Below the pieces are notes generated by a model, which saw nothing but the letters and a program-made list of their open reading frames with translations, was not told where the DNA came from and did no database searches. From Ramazzottius varieornatus (taxonomy: Eukaryota; Animalia; Tardigrada), in contig BDGG01000005.1 in NCBI GenBank assembly GCA_001949185.1, positions 3,077,972 to 3,141,971 of the forward strand: 64,000 nt of DNA, written 5' to 3'. The stretch's first letter is position 1. Each line of letters opens with the position of its first letter. Shown here in pieces: positions 1 through 12,559 of this stretch. The position numbers and the translations under genes were made by a program.

Positions 1-1279
1 AAGGACGGCAAAAAGGAAATTCGACCGTAGAGAACTGTCAAAAAATGTATTGCTGTGAATCGGTTACGTACGTACGTGCTTCCGTACCGCCTTAGCGAAA
101 AGGTGTGTACCATAACTTTTACTGTACCATAATTTCTCGTCCTGCGTGTACGTATTACGTACAACAGGAACTCATCACCATCAGAGACGGAGTTCCATCT
201 CAATGCTTTCAGCAGGCTGTTGGGAATGCTCATCCTAATCTGGTTGAACTGATGTTTACCGGCACCCAAAAATAACACCGAAAGCTCGCTTTTCGCGCAC
301 TGGATAAGATTAGGAAAATTTCACTCTAACATACCTCGAATAGAAATGGCATCTCAACGTAAAAAATTCCAGTTCACGTTTGATGTTTGCAAAGAATGGC
401 ATACGCACATCCAGTAAACCAGGTCTCGATCCAGTTAAACTTCCCAGCATTATTCAGAAAATTAAAATCCAGTGGCTGCCAGACAAGTCCCACCGTTTTA
501 ACTGTCCTGAAGTTCAATCGATCCGTCACTTGACGGACCTCTTCAGGCTTGACGCACAAGTACAACCGATGTAGCCACCGCGCACAGATACCCAAGACGT
601 CCTCGAACAAAATCATATTCCACAAGAGCGAAAAGATGGTCCGAATGATGGTCGAGAAGACGATGCAGCCACCGGGCTTTACCAGCTGACAACATAAGGC
701 CGCGAAGTCTTGTGGGTTCGTCACGTGCTCCAAGACGTCCGAACAGACCGCAACGTCAAAGTGCTCGTGGCTGTATTCGATGAAATCTTGGAGCGTCAGA
801 CAGTGGTATTCTGGAGCTATCAACCTGGCCTACAAAAGAGTTCAAAATTTTCTTTAAGAAAATTCAATTAACACTTCCAAAGGTGTTTGAAAGTTGAGAG
901 TCAACGAGGTGCCGCTCAAAGACCATACATACGTCAAAGGCCGGGTGCGTTTTGTCCAGTGCCCTTTTGCGCTATCAATAGCAGAATTTGTAACGTCTGA
1001 AAACAACCGCGACGCTTGGGCAACGCGCGAAATCTCCAAGGTAGAGCGACGACATTTACGAGTAAGTTTGGAACTAACCGATGCCCACGACCGAAGCGCC
1101 GGCTTCAGCCAGTACTTCCGCGAACATCCCCGCGCCGCATCCGACATCGCATATTTTTGCCCCAAATAACGACTTGGCGTCAGTATGAAACGTTTCTTCC
1201 CACGTTGCCTCCAAGCCCAGTATCTCTTTCAAGTATCCTTCAGCAACAAGACGCAGTCGGATAGGGTTAAAGTTCCTCA

Positions 1280-3624
1280 CGAGGGGATTATGCCTGTTCC
1301 CACCTCTTTTTGGTCAAACTGTCCTGGCGGAACGAGAGAGGAAAGTCTCTTCTAGGATCTGAGCCAGTGAGCTAAATCCCGCGTCGATCCTGGAACAAAC
1401 TACAGGGACTCGGGAGTGACGTCAAAAGTAGGGCGGTATATAAGCAGAGTAATGAACAATCAAGACTCGATTGTTCGATGGTTGATTCGGTTGTTGATTG
1501 AGCCTGTGCTTCCTGCTCATCAAGTTTTCTGTTGTTTTTCAACCTTCTCTCGTTTGCTCATTCATTCCTGCGCTTCTCTGAAATGGAATCCATCAACTTG
1601 CTGAATGTTATCAAGCTGCTGGAATGGGACTACAAACTGCACTACCGTATGGACGACTTTCCAAGCGAAGCTGACAGGCAGTTCAAGGACATAGTTGAAG
1701 GTAATCTTGCTGTGCACTGGAGCTCAAAAACAAAAAAGATACTAATTTGATTCGTAATCTTTCCTAGATTTCATCGACTCGAAGACCATCCAAAGTGTTA
1801 CTCCTGTGTATGCCGTTGAAGAAGACCTCCAGTATGATCTGCAGATACGCGTCGAGTCATTTGAAGATTACGAAGCATCTGTTGTCCAGTGCAACCTGCT
1901 GAATGGCCGGAGTGAAGCTGACTTCGACGTTACGGAACCTGATAGACTGCTTGAGCCTGTTTCCAGCGGAACTGAACCTTCCCATGAGCTATACATCCCA
2001 CGACTTCCTAACCCCAAGCTTCCAGTGGATCAGTTAGTCAACGTGGAGTACAAGAAACGTGCGGTTACATACTGGAGAAACGCCGTGAAGAAGAAGCGTC
2101 TCACGTTGGCCACTGTTCAGAGAAGTTTTGGTAAAGTAACCAGCATACGGCAGCTGTACGACTGGGAAAAGCAGGTAGTGGAAGGCGGTTTCAGGCTGGA
2201 CAAGTTGAAGGCTCTACGTTTGGATGTCGGTAAGCAGTTCTTCCTCGCTAAAAGGAAAAAGCAAGTGGACTTACGTCGATGGGCTCTCACTGCGAACGAA
2301 ACGGTGAACTTGGCCGGTTTCACTGCTTCCCCAGACTAGATCGGAAATCTCAAACGGTACCAACAGTATTCTGTGCTTCGATTTCCTTCAAAAACGGAAT
2401 TAATATTTTCTAGATATTATGGGATCGTTGACCGGAAAATAACCAAGTTCGTCACCAAGAAATCCATACAAGAAGCGTCTCACGTCAAGGAAAGTGCTGA
2501 AGCCTGCGTTGCGCTTGTCAGATGAAGGATCGCAGAGTACGGGTTAGACTGTCTATGGAATGCAGATCAGTCAGGCTTTGAATATGAGATGAGACCAGGA
2601 AGAACTTTGAAAACTGCTGGAGTAAAACACGTGGAAGCGATCACCAGTCGGAGAATTCCATGACACATAGCTACACTGTGATGATGGCGGTCTACCCGGG
2701 CAGGCGTAAGTTCCTTCCTGTTCGTTTCCTAACGCTGAAGGAAGAGAAAGGAGTGTTTGGTCTAATCGTGTCGAGAACGATGTTCAAGGCTGATAATCTG
2801 TATGTCACTGCTTCGACATCCGGGAAGATGACCAAGAAGCTCTACTTAGAGTGTTCGGAAAAGTTCTTTTCCCTCATATGGAAGAGCGGTGCATTTTCTT
2901 GGCCGACTCGTGGAAGACCTTCACCGATCAAGATTCTGTGATTGAACTGAAACCGGAAGAGCTGGAGTACGAAATGCTGACCATCCCTCCGAAAGTTACC
3001 GGTCAAATTCAACCGCTGGATGTGTTATGCTTTAGGATGTACAAAGGCTGCTTCAAGAAGATATCCGACTTTGTCTTTTTGCACGATTTACCCGTTCAAG
3101 TGCATCATCGCGATGTGATTTTGAGATTGCACTCTTTGCTGTATCAACAGTTTCAGTCGCCCAGGTTCGAAAATTTGATAGCTGAAGTTTGGCATAAGTC
3201 GGGATATACCGACGAACGTTTCATGTATGTTAATCCAGCCAAGTTTATGTTTGATAAACTGAAAGGCAGTTGTCTTCACGAGAACTGCAGAGACATTGTT
3301 CTTCTGGATTGCGGGTGGTGCAAGGCCCGTCTTTGCTTCCATCACTTTTATGGCGCTCATCATTTCTGTACTATCTATTTGCCGTAACACGTTTGTTTAC
3401 TGATGGGTTTCAGGGTTTATTTGTTAGGTCTAACGTGGACCTACAAGACATCACGTTTCTACGTTATTGCGTAAATTTCTGACGTCACTTCCGAGTCCCT
3501 GTAGTTTGTTCCAGGATCGACGCGAGATTTAGCTCACTGGCTCAGATCCTAGAAGAGACTTTCCTCTCTCGTTCCGCCAGGACAGTTTGACCAAAAGGAG
3601 GTGGGAACAGGCATAATCCCCTCG
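1280..3624 (+). mobile_element. Tc4/Tc5-like (pogo superfamily) DNA transposon with 145-bp TIRs and TCA target-site duplication
   Basis: 1280-1424 is the reverse complement of 3480-3624 with 3 mismatches. TCA flanks both ends (1277-1279, 3625-3627) and the empty site is CCTCAGG (CTNAG). A DDE transposase lies inside. Confidence 0.92.
1583..3387 (+). pseudogene. Degenerate intron-containing Tc5/pogo-type DDE transposase
   Basis: Motifs WNADQSGF, LADSW and IPPKVTGQIQPLDV, plus a C-terminal Cys/His cluster (CGWCKARLCFHHF). Introns at about 1701-1767 and 2357-2413. In-frame stops at 2337 and about 2523, frameshifts near 2650 and 2850. Confidence 0.85.
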
Positions 3625-6339
3625 TCAGGCCAGACATGCTGGCTTTGGGGCCCCACGACCCATCGCGATCGCCCTGGGCCTGCCAGAATGCCTCCTGCTC
3701 CTTGTCGTCGAGGATCTTTCTGCTTCCCTCCTTTTTCCCGCTTCCCGATCCGCTCATCGACGGCGGGTACCAGCACAAGTACACCTCCATGAGCAGTCTC
3801 CATGGAATAGTTATCCATATCAGCAACCGACGAATAACCACTATCTGTATTACAGTAAAACAATTATACTTAATTAACTATTCCTATGATTGCTTCAATG
3901 TACCAACTCAAATACCGCTTACTGACCACAGAGTCCATAAAAGATCTCTTTGAATGTAGCTGATGGGGGAAACCAAGGCGCTTCTATTCTGGAACCGTCT
4001 GAAGCACGAACATCCAAAAATGTATCCGGATATCCGCTCAACAGCATATGCGTATGGTGTTCGTGCGACACGTGCGAACGTTCAGACAGGAACTTATTGT
4101 CAGTTAGGTTGATAACAATCGACAGTTTCGCCACAGGCAGTGCCAGCTAGGCGCTGCCAAACTTTCGCGGGTCGACTTCCGGCCTGTCAAATTCAGACAT
4201 ATAGTATATGCCTGCAAATGCCATGCTGGAGAAGTACATTCTCAAAATTATTTTTATTTCTTGTGGAAATCTACCTTTCAAAGAATCGAAGTATAGAAAC
4301 AGAGATGTATGGTGAGCAATGGGTGCAACGATATCGCCACAAGGGACGTCGGCCAAAATCAGCGTCACTTGCGTGTTGATGCATCATCCTTCTGTGTACA
4401 GTGTGGATGGGCCAAGTGACTACCACCTGGAACATTCGCGTAGGAAAAAAATCAAACTGCCTGCTTTTCTTTCGCTCTTTCACATAATTTGTGCCACTTT
4501 TCACGCTGGTTCCGCTAAGACATAGCTCGTTTGCATGCGTTGAGACCCAGGTTGGAGAAGTTGATTGAAACGACTTCCGGTGAGGAAGATTATTCGGCAG
4601 GAACGAACCGGACAAGCTAGAACTCCATGCGCGAGTATCTTTCCCCAATTGGATTGAAAGGTAGATAAAACTATCTGGGTTCTTTTTAGAAAATAGGGAA
4701 GATCCCAAGAAAATGAACCTAAGTTGGTAAATGAATTAAGACCATCGAATTCGACCATTTTGCCGGTATACCACTCCTCGTGGAAAAAATCCTAATTTAT
4801 GTTCTAAACGTAGAGTTCTCCCTTACGACCAGGCCTTGTACTTGTACTCTACTTAGGCCTTGTCGCCCAAGTAGATGGAAATTTTTTGAAGTTCTCTCAA
4901 AATCTGAAAACGTTGCAGATTCCCGCGAACCAAGGTTTTGCGGAAAGCCTTGCCCCACTCAAGTTTTCCTAAGTCTGTCCAACCGTGCTTTGAATTCAGA
5001 TGGAACAATGATTTGACTTTCCGTTCATGCTTTTAGCTGCCGGAAAAACAATTCCACAGTAGTTCGAAAAACCTTGTTTTCGTGGCGCGCACCCTGTATT
5101 TTGGCTAGTTTCGCTGCAGTAGCTGTATCAGTGCATCAGCAAGTGGTAAAGAAGAGCACTGTATTTTTCCTGGAAGGCAGATCACTGTTAAACAATTTGC
5201 AATCAACAGTTCTAGTTCCAAAAGGGCAGAAGAGAGAAAATGATTTTTTTCCGGTGGAAGAAACAGTGAAAAGTTCGCCTCGGAGCAGCTACGAGGCTGC
5301 ACCCTCCCTAGTCCTGGGTTGATTCTCGACTTCGTATAAACATTATTTCTGGGCAAGTTATCTTTAAGGGGTAGCAATAGGGATACTAAATCATGAATTT
5401 CAAACGCCCGGATCAGCTATGCTGATCCGGGCGTTTCGGCTATGGTTTCCGTGGGGAGCCTACGCATGCTGAGCAAATGGTTGAAGTCTGCGATTCGGGA
5501 GCGCGCACTATGCAAACGTGTGCCTTCCTCCTGCCGCTTGCGGCGATCTACAGTAGCTTGGTCGTGACGTGGCTGCATTCGGCTTCTGTCCAGACTTGTT
5601 TGTTTTGATGGACGAACGATCACACTGACCAGCGGTCAAGTTCGGCTTTGGCCCACGGATATTAGCTTCTTCTAGACAGATAAACACCGCACAGTAAAAA
5701 GCCTCAAAACAGCCCGTATCTATCACGAGAAGTCCAGCGTGGATAATCAGCTTGAAATTGGCCGATCAGCCACACAAAACCTGCTTCCGCCCATCTTTCG
5801 CTCTTATCGGTGGGAATCTTGGTGAATTATCCGCCTTCATTGTTGTCTTTGAGGGACGATGTGTCAGGTCGAAAGACAGCAGGTGCTCACTCTTCATCCT
5901 CACCCGCTGTTTTGTCCATCTTCACAGGTCCGTAATTACTCGAGTGTCAACTCTCTCTGTGTGTAAAATGAGAGAACGCATCTTTGCGTGATGAAAGACC
6001 AGACTTTGACCTGAATTGTTTGGTGGTCAAGTGGCCCATCTTCCTATTATTCATCGACACGCCGGGGTACTCCTTCGACGTGACCAAAATGGACTTTGCT
6101 ATAAACCTTATTATGGATGAGGTTAATGCAAAGTCGTAAATTGATCTGAATTCTGAACTTCAGCTAGTCTAAGATGTGCGCACGGGTCTAGATAAGCTCG
6201 AGCAGGAGGTGGGTGGTCGGACTTGCCAGTTACAGTAAGGAATTTCAGTACGGAATTTCGGAATTTCAAACTACGGGACAACGTTTGAGGAATCACTTGG
6301 AACAATCAGAGTCCTTGCGCACGAGATAGTACTGTACAC

Positions 6340-7312
6340 CTTGATACGATACGGATACGATGGTTCGAATTTCGGGCCGTAGTTTAGACGAATCTATTGT
6401 TCGCCGGACAGCGCAACTCCGAAACTCTTCTGCCAAGATGTTTTATGTAAGTGGTTAAGAACATTAGTCTGAATCACCGTTTTCCCTCGGAATTTCTGCG
6501 CAATCAGTCCTCAGGCCTGAAAATTAGGCCCTGGGTGATCGTGGTTCAGTTAGCAGGTCTCGGGGATTATTTCATGGGCCTGTCATGTGACAGCGCAGAA
6601 CTTTCGAAGGAACACAGTACACGTGCCTAGCATAGCTGTTGGCATAGAAAAAACAGTTGGCAGCATGCCGGAAGGAGCAACGCACATCAGCGGCAATGGC
6701 CACTGGCCAACGGCCAGTGGCTATTGCCGCTCTCGAACGGCTGCCAACAGTTTTGTCCATGCCAGCAGCTAGACCAGGCGCTCGTGCTCTAGTGATAGCA
6801 CCTTTATACATTATGCAACGCCAAACCGGATAATGAGAAATTACCGAAAGAATCGTACCCACCTGCATACAAACAAACAGCCAAGTACGACAAGTGATAG
6901 TGCACTCAAAGAGCTCGCCAAAATCGGGATCTGATCATGTTGAAGGCACGCAGAGTTATTTCCGGTGAAACCAAACAGCGGAACAATTCTTGGAGACTTC
7001 CCTGAGACCACCTGAGGTGCGTCGGGAATAGTGTACTGAGCTGGTTGTTCGTGGCATCGGGCATCAGAGCTGGCTGCAAACCAGATCTTCTGGATCTAGA
7101 TTCTAACGAATTTACCCCTTTCTGCTCACCGAGCAACGACCTTCATCATACCTCGAAAGCACTTTCGGCGATGTCAAACTGTCGAACAACAGGGTGGGTA
7201 GCTGAAAGGTTGCATTCTATGCGCGTAGAACGAAATTTGCGCCGTCTTTCAAGATTTTCGTTCGCCGAGTTCGTGCTTGCGGCTGCCGACGACGTTTCAT
7301 TGACGATCTAAA
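6340..7312 (-). pseudogene. Relic of an ANF-receptor-ectodomain gene (copy C): last ectodomain exons, TM exon and tail exon
   Basis: Frame-broken translations IVNETSSAAASTNS..VVRQFDIAESAFEV, ALMPDATNNQLSTLFP, ILASSLSALSLVVLGCLFVCR and RRTIDSSKLRPEIRTIVSVSY match the exons of copies A and B. The tail-exon acceptor is mutated (cttacat). The 5' part is lost at the mariner fragment. Confidence 0.75.
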
Positions 7313-7338
7313 GAAATGCAGATCTTTCTGTTTGGTAT

Positions 7339-7702
7339 CGACCTCACACTGCACAAAAGACCTCCGCCAAAATCATGGAGTTGGACTTCGAACCACTCCG
7401 CCACCCACCTTATAGTCCAGACCTTGCTCCTTCCGACTACCATTTCTTTTTGAGTTTAGATAAGTTCATGCGGGAAAAAGAATTTAGTTTTGAAGAGGAG
7501 CTCAAAAGTACCTTCGAAGAATTTCTTGCCAGCTTTCTCCGGATTTCGGTCGCAGAGGCTTAGAAATGCTGCCAGAAAAATGGCAGAAGTGTGTCGACGC
7601 TATGGGAGATAACTTTGACTGAAAGTGTGAAGAACGGATGCCAAAACGAATTTTCAGAGTTAGGGTTAAAAAACCGAAATTTCATTCTTGCGGACCTATC
7701 TA
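7339..7702 (+). mobile_element. Mariner transposase 3' fragment with right-end TIR remnant
   Basis: RPHTA...HPPYSPDLAPSDYHFF, then after a frameshift LPEKWQKCVD..GDNFD*, followed by a mariner-like end ending ...gacctatcta. Confidence 0.9.
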
Positions 7703-8671
7703 ACACTCCTCTGTATGATACCGGTTCTGGCTAAAATAGTATAACATTGCTCGAATAAGCGTAATCTTGCGACATAAGATAACACAGATGAGCGAGGAGA
7801 GAAACGAGAAATGAAATTCGTTCGAAAAAGCAAGGGGTTGACCACAAATAGATTATTTCGGCAAAAACATTTTGCTGAAAATCCCTGTTACCGTGATCCA
7901 TAGTCCGATTCTTTTTCTGCATTCTAGCCGCTTTGGTTTCTTTGTACACCTGTCACGTGCCCTGGAATGGGGACTCAAAAGTGACCCTTATTTCCTGGTC
8001 CGCGTCATCGATGCTTATCAGTTGATTGATTGACAAGACGTCAAGCTTGTCACGTGACCGTGTAGTGTAAAAGAGTTTCCTACGTGGGGACTTTTGAATT
8101 TTGTGGAAATCGGATAACGGGGTTTGGAAGATCTGATGAAAAGAGCAAAGACCATGGGGTGGCCATGACCAATGACCGTGACCGTACATCGTATGGCCAA
8201 CTTCCTAATGGGATGATCCGATGCGTGCAAAATGCAGGTTTGTTGGTGCGCCATGTCCCTGATCTTCGGCAGTGACGTCGCGGTGCCACTGTGATACAAT
8301 CAATAAAAGGGGCGTCGGCCCTGCCTGTGATGCTCTTGAAAACTGATTGTTCGAATTGATGCTCACTTCGAGCATATCCATTATCTGAAGGCGTCAGCAA
8401 AAGCCAATTGGTGTTTTGATGAAATTACTCGAACGATATATTGGCAGTTGATATTTTCGCTTTGTAAACAACGGTATTGTGGAAATTTACTATTGTGGCT
8501 AGTTGATATTCAAAGTTGATCGAAGTGTGAACTTAATTTTGCCCAGAGGACATTCCGGCATAGTCATGTGTTAATCTGCGGTTTGTATTCGAATATCAAC
8601 TCTGATTGTCAAAGTAGGCAAAGTTCGGACGTTTTCTCGAGTCACATCCATCCGTCCGTGACGAGTCATAG

Positions 8672-11600
8672 TCATGATAAATCACAGATCGACTCTACAG
8701 TGGCGGAGGGTAGGAGATGTTGTATCTTACGAAAAAGACACAATGGCTCGAGTGTCTGTCCGTACTGTAGGACGGAAGAATCTGCTATCCACCAGACAGC
8801 ACTTCCGCCAAAACTTTTCCTGCAAATGATCAAGAACGCACGACCTGAATTACCGCGACATACGTGTTCACGGTGTCCCCGAAAGCAATCAACGAAATAT
8901 TAAACATAAGTTCCGGAAGAAAATGTTTACCTGCATACTAGCAAGCTTGTAACACAGCCCAGCACCACCATAATCAGCGCACTTAGAGAGCCCGCAAGGA
9001 CCTGGGTCTGATTGCGCTGGAAACATGCAGGGTTCTCTCCGCTGAAACCACATAGCGGAACGCTCTTGGGAGGGTATCCTTGAAACCACGTAAAGTTCCG
9101 CGGAAAGGGTGTACTGAACTGATTGCTCATGGCGTCGAACATTAGAACTGCCTGTGAAGAAACCCTTAGATTGTCATAGTCTCTTTTTCGTCGCTGAGAT
9201 CAGTGAGACGCTCATAAAACAGAAAATTCTGAAATACCTCAAAATTGCTGCTGACGATATCGAACTGCCGAACCAGGACAGCGGGGTACCTTTGACCACC
9301 GCTTGTAATGTAAACGTTCCCGGTTGGCACATGAAAAGTTCGATTCAGTGCACGCTGAATGAAGCCTCCACCATCTTTCAGCTTTTCGGTCGCCGAGCTA
9401 GCGTTTGCGGCTGCCGAAAATGGTTCGTTGATGAGCTGAAATTGAGCTGAAAGGGTCTTTCTGTTAGCGGCAAGGTCTGAAGGTGCAGTACTCGCCAATT
9501 TAGTTACCTCAAAATGGACGTAGTTTTATGGTGTGGCTAGTCAGTCGAAAGCCAGCATGGTTACTGTACAGCCAGCTAATCACTCAATTGCGACCAGCCT
9601 TTTTAATTACCCCCGGAAGGGGAACCACGCCTGTAAACACCGCCCAGTTTGGGGTGACCATATTGGCGTACACTGTACCATCGACTGATTGGTCTAACGT
9701 GCAGTGTATTGATATTTATCCTGAAGGCGGCGCTACCTACTTGACCTAACAGCAAGACGGACTCGTACGCAGCAACGGTGATGACAGAGATCTACGGAGA
9801 AATATCTGACCCCGAACCTATACTGAACAGGTGCAAACCGGTGCGTGAGGCTTACGTGTTTACCTTCTGTCCGTACTGCATCGAGATGTTCCTAGTTCTT
9901 GCATACTCTTCGAGAATATATTCTTTGGCACTCGTTGGGAGAGACTCGACGTTTCTCGCGTTGTCAAAAGTGATGCTAAGGACCGCCAGAAACGCGGATC
10001 TCGCGACCTGTTATGTACAGCCCATTTCGGAAATCCACCTCGAATCCACCTGAATACTAACACTCACCTGGTCGTGGTTGTCGTTCCGTTGCTAGAGGAG
10101 TTCCGGAAAATCTGGAGGCGTAGAATGAGGGTGAAAGAACAGATAAACCTAGAAATATATGACACACCCAGTAAGCCCACCAATCAGAGTATATTTCAGC
10201 GTAGGAGACACACTTAATCCGGCTACAATATCCAACATACAAATTCTGAGGCATTTGTCATTCCTCTGGCGTCAGCAGCAACCTTTAAAAAAAAGCATAT
10301 CATCCATTCGGAACCACATACACGGATATTTGACGAGTATTGCTATTGGGCCACGCGTTGCACTTATCATGATTACCATGAAATCTCTGGTCACTACCGC
10401 TCCTGTCATCAGCAAGATTACTAGAAAAGCAATACGGTTCTCGAGATTTCAGGTAGCCGTAAACCATATTCTTGAACCCTATTCCGTCAATAATATTTGG
10501 CTTACTTCTAGAAGCTCTCTCTATCAGGTCCAAGTATTTGTTAGTCTACCACTCCCTCCTCACTGTTGAAATTTGCGTTAACAAGATGGAACCGACGCGG
10601 TCGCAGTAGCGATTTGAAGATACGACAGTTCGTGCGATAAAATGCAACCCGGTTTGAATCGTCACACAATATAAAAATAGTTGTCCACTGGAAACGCAGC
10701 AGAAACTGCTGGAGAAATGCAGATAGCACGGAGTTGTTGATGGGAGCTATCGTGATCGCATTCGGGTACCGCTTTCTGTCGTTGAGAACTGAGTCCGTAC
10801 TCACTCTGCAGTCGATAAGGGACCAATAAGACACCAGTTTAAAACGCCTGCACATTATTTCCACTTCTACCCACTGTGGTTTTGGTCACACGTGAGCATG
10901 CCCCGATATACCTACATGGACACGATAGGCACATTCCAATTTCTGCCGATGTCGGCCATTTGAAAAAAACAATAAGGAAGTTGCACTTTCAGCAAAGGAA
11001 ATCGATAAAGGAACGTTTGAAAGAAACGAGTGCTGTCGAAAACGTCTTAAGCATGTTAGAAACATTTCCAAATACAGTCGCTTCGTATGAACGTTCCTTT
11101 ATCGAATTCCCCTCCTGAAAGAGCAACTTCCCTAATGAGAAGTGTGACGTACGACACAAAAACTATAAAAGGCTGTACACGAACGACGGGATATTATGGG
11201 CCAGTAGAAACTACCGACCAGGCCTTCCCGCTGCGGCGGCACGGGCAGGTGATTCTTGCTACAAGCAAAGGCCAACATCGAAGGCTGGACTTCTGTACGT
11301 ACGTGCTGGATATTGGGCCGAAGAGCTAAAGCTTGTCATATTTATCATAGCAGTTAGATCCCCATTTTACCGGAACACGCACACCTTCAACAGCTCAAGC
11401 TATTCCAAGGCTTCTTCGAGACAAAAGACCTGTTTCGCAAGTCACGTTTCGGCTCTGAATAGAATGAAATCTCATGATTTTATACTGTATCAGTTTCTGT
11501 GCAGAAACCGTTTCGCGGTTTCGTAATTGTTTTCGTAATTTTTACTGGCCCATAATATCCCGTCGTTCGTGTAGTGCACAAAATGAATCCCTGCAGGTGC

Positions 11601-12187
11601 AAAGTCTTTGTAATCAGTTGTGTCCGCAAGACCACATTAGCCCGGTGTAATTTACAAGCCAATGAACTGATCAGAAGTTCACACTTGCAGTGATGCATTT
11701 TGTGCACTGTAGATCAACCTTCAAAGCGGGGCCGGATGGACAGGTGGGCACCCCGCGACTTTTCCAACCCAGTCCATCTCGACACCAACCAGAAGCACAG
11801 GTTATTTTTGGAAACGAAATTCTGATAGGCAGTTAGTGACTGACATGGTACAACGACAATTTTCATTTCGTCGACGTGGCTCGCGGTATAGAAGTATTTG
11901 GCCGCGTAGTCGATCGAATAATCCGCTGCGACGACACAGGAGTATACGGATTCTAGATGGAAAAGAACATGTTGCATGTGAATGATGCCGTTTTAGTCTC
12001 GATGAACTTGATTTAAGCCCGCTTGAAAAGCTGGGATGGTTATAGCGTACTGGCCAGGCACAATGGTAATGAACGATATTTTGACAGCGGGAACCGAAAC
12101 CATCTGAGCTTTCAATTCACCGGAGCGAAGCAGACTCGCGAATACCAATTGACACAAAAGCTCAAAGATTCCAGACGACGGACCCAT
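8672..12187 (-). pseudogene. ANF-receptor-ectodomain single-pass membrane protein, copy A (disabled)
   Basis: Exon-for-exon paralog of copy B: signal peptide, MADIGRNWNVP, LNDRKRYPNA, GMT, CGFSGENPAC, TM helix and a roughly 50-aa tail (8819-8672). In-frame TAA at 11993-11995 where B has Tyr, and a frameshift at about 10543. Confidence 0.8.
11178..11571. mobile_element. MITE with about 30-bp TIRs and TA TSD (Tc1/mariner-like) in intron 1 of copy A, carrying a nested fragment of another repeat
   Basis: TA|cacgaacgacgggatattatgggccagta ... tactggcccataatatcccgtcgttcgtg|TA. The segment 11427-11521 matches 28897-28990. Confidence 0.8.
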
Positions 12188-12559
12188 TTTCTTATCCCGA
12201 CAAGCATGGAATACCAAGTGCGATCTTGAAAAATGGCACAGTTTCGGCGACGTTCCCCACCAGTTTTTCATCACTAGGTCATGGACAGCCCACATTGCGT
12301 GGAAATCGTTCGTAATATTCCTGGTACTACCCTAATGCGTGGTGAGCTGAGTTATCGACGGCGGAAGTACTCGAGGGGCATAGGTTTATTGCGTAACCAG
12401 TGGCAGTCGACTACCGAATCAGGCTGGTAACAACAACTGTAAACGTGCGTGTGTACGCGCACGTTTGCAAACCTCCAAGAACCCCAAGACAAGATAGGAG
12501 AGGAGAAGCGGAAGGTAGGAGTCCATCCAGAGACTATAACGGGCTGAGAGAAGGTCGTG

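Larger units (their letters stand above)
374..3757 (-). pseudogene. COQ3/UbiG-like SAM-dependent O-methyltransferase, interrupted by a transposon
   Basis: SAM motif ICDVGCGAG, then FDVAVCSDVLEHV and LVKPGG..FSTI. Exons are about 3757-3625 joined to 1279-1080, then about 991-927 and 824-374, with GT-AG introns. Removing 1280-3624 plus one TCA restores ...WGPKASMSGLRNFNPIRL, the COQ3 'LHxxNPxR' region. The start codon is uncertain. Confidence 0.8.
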
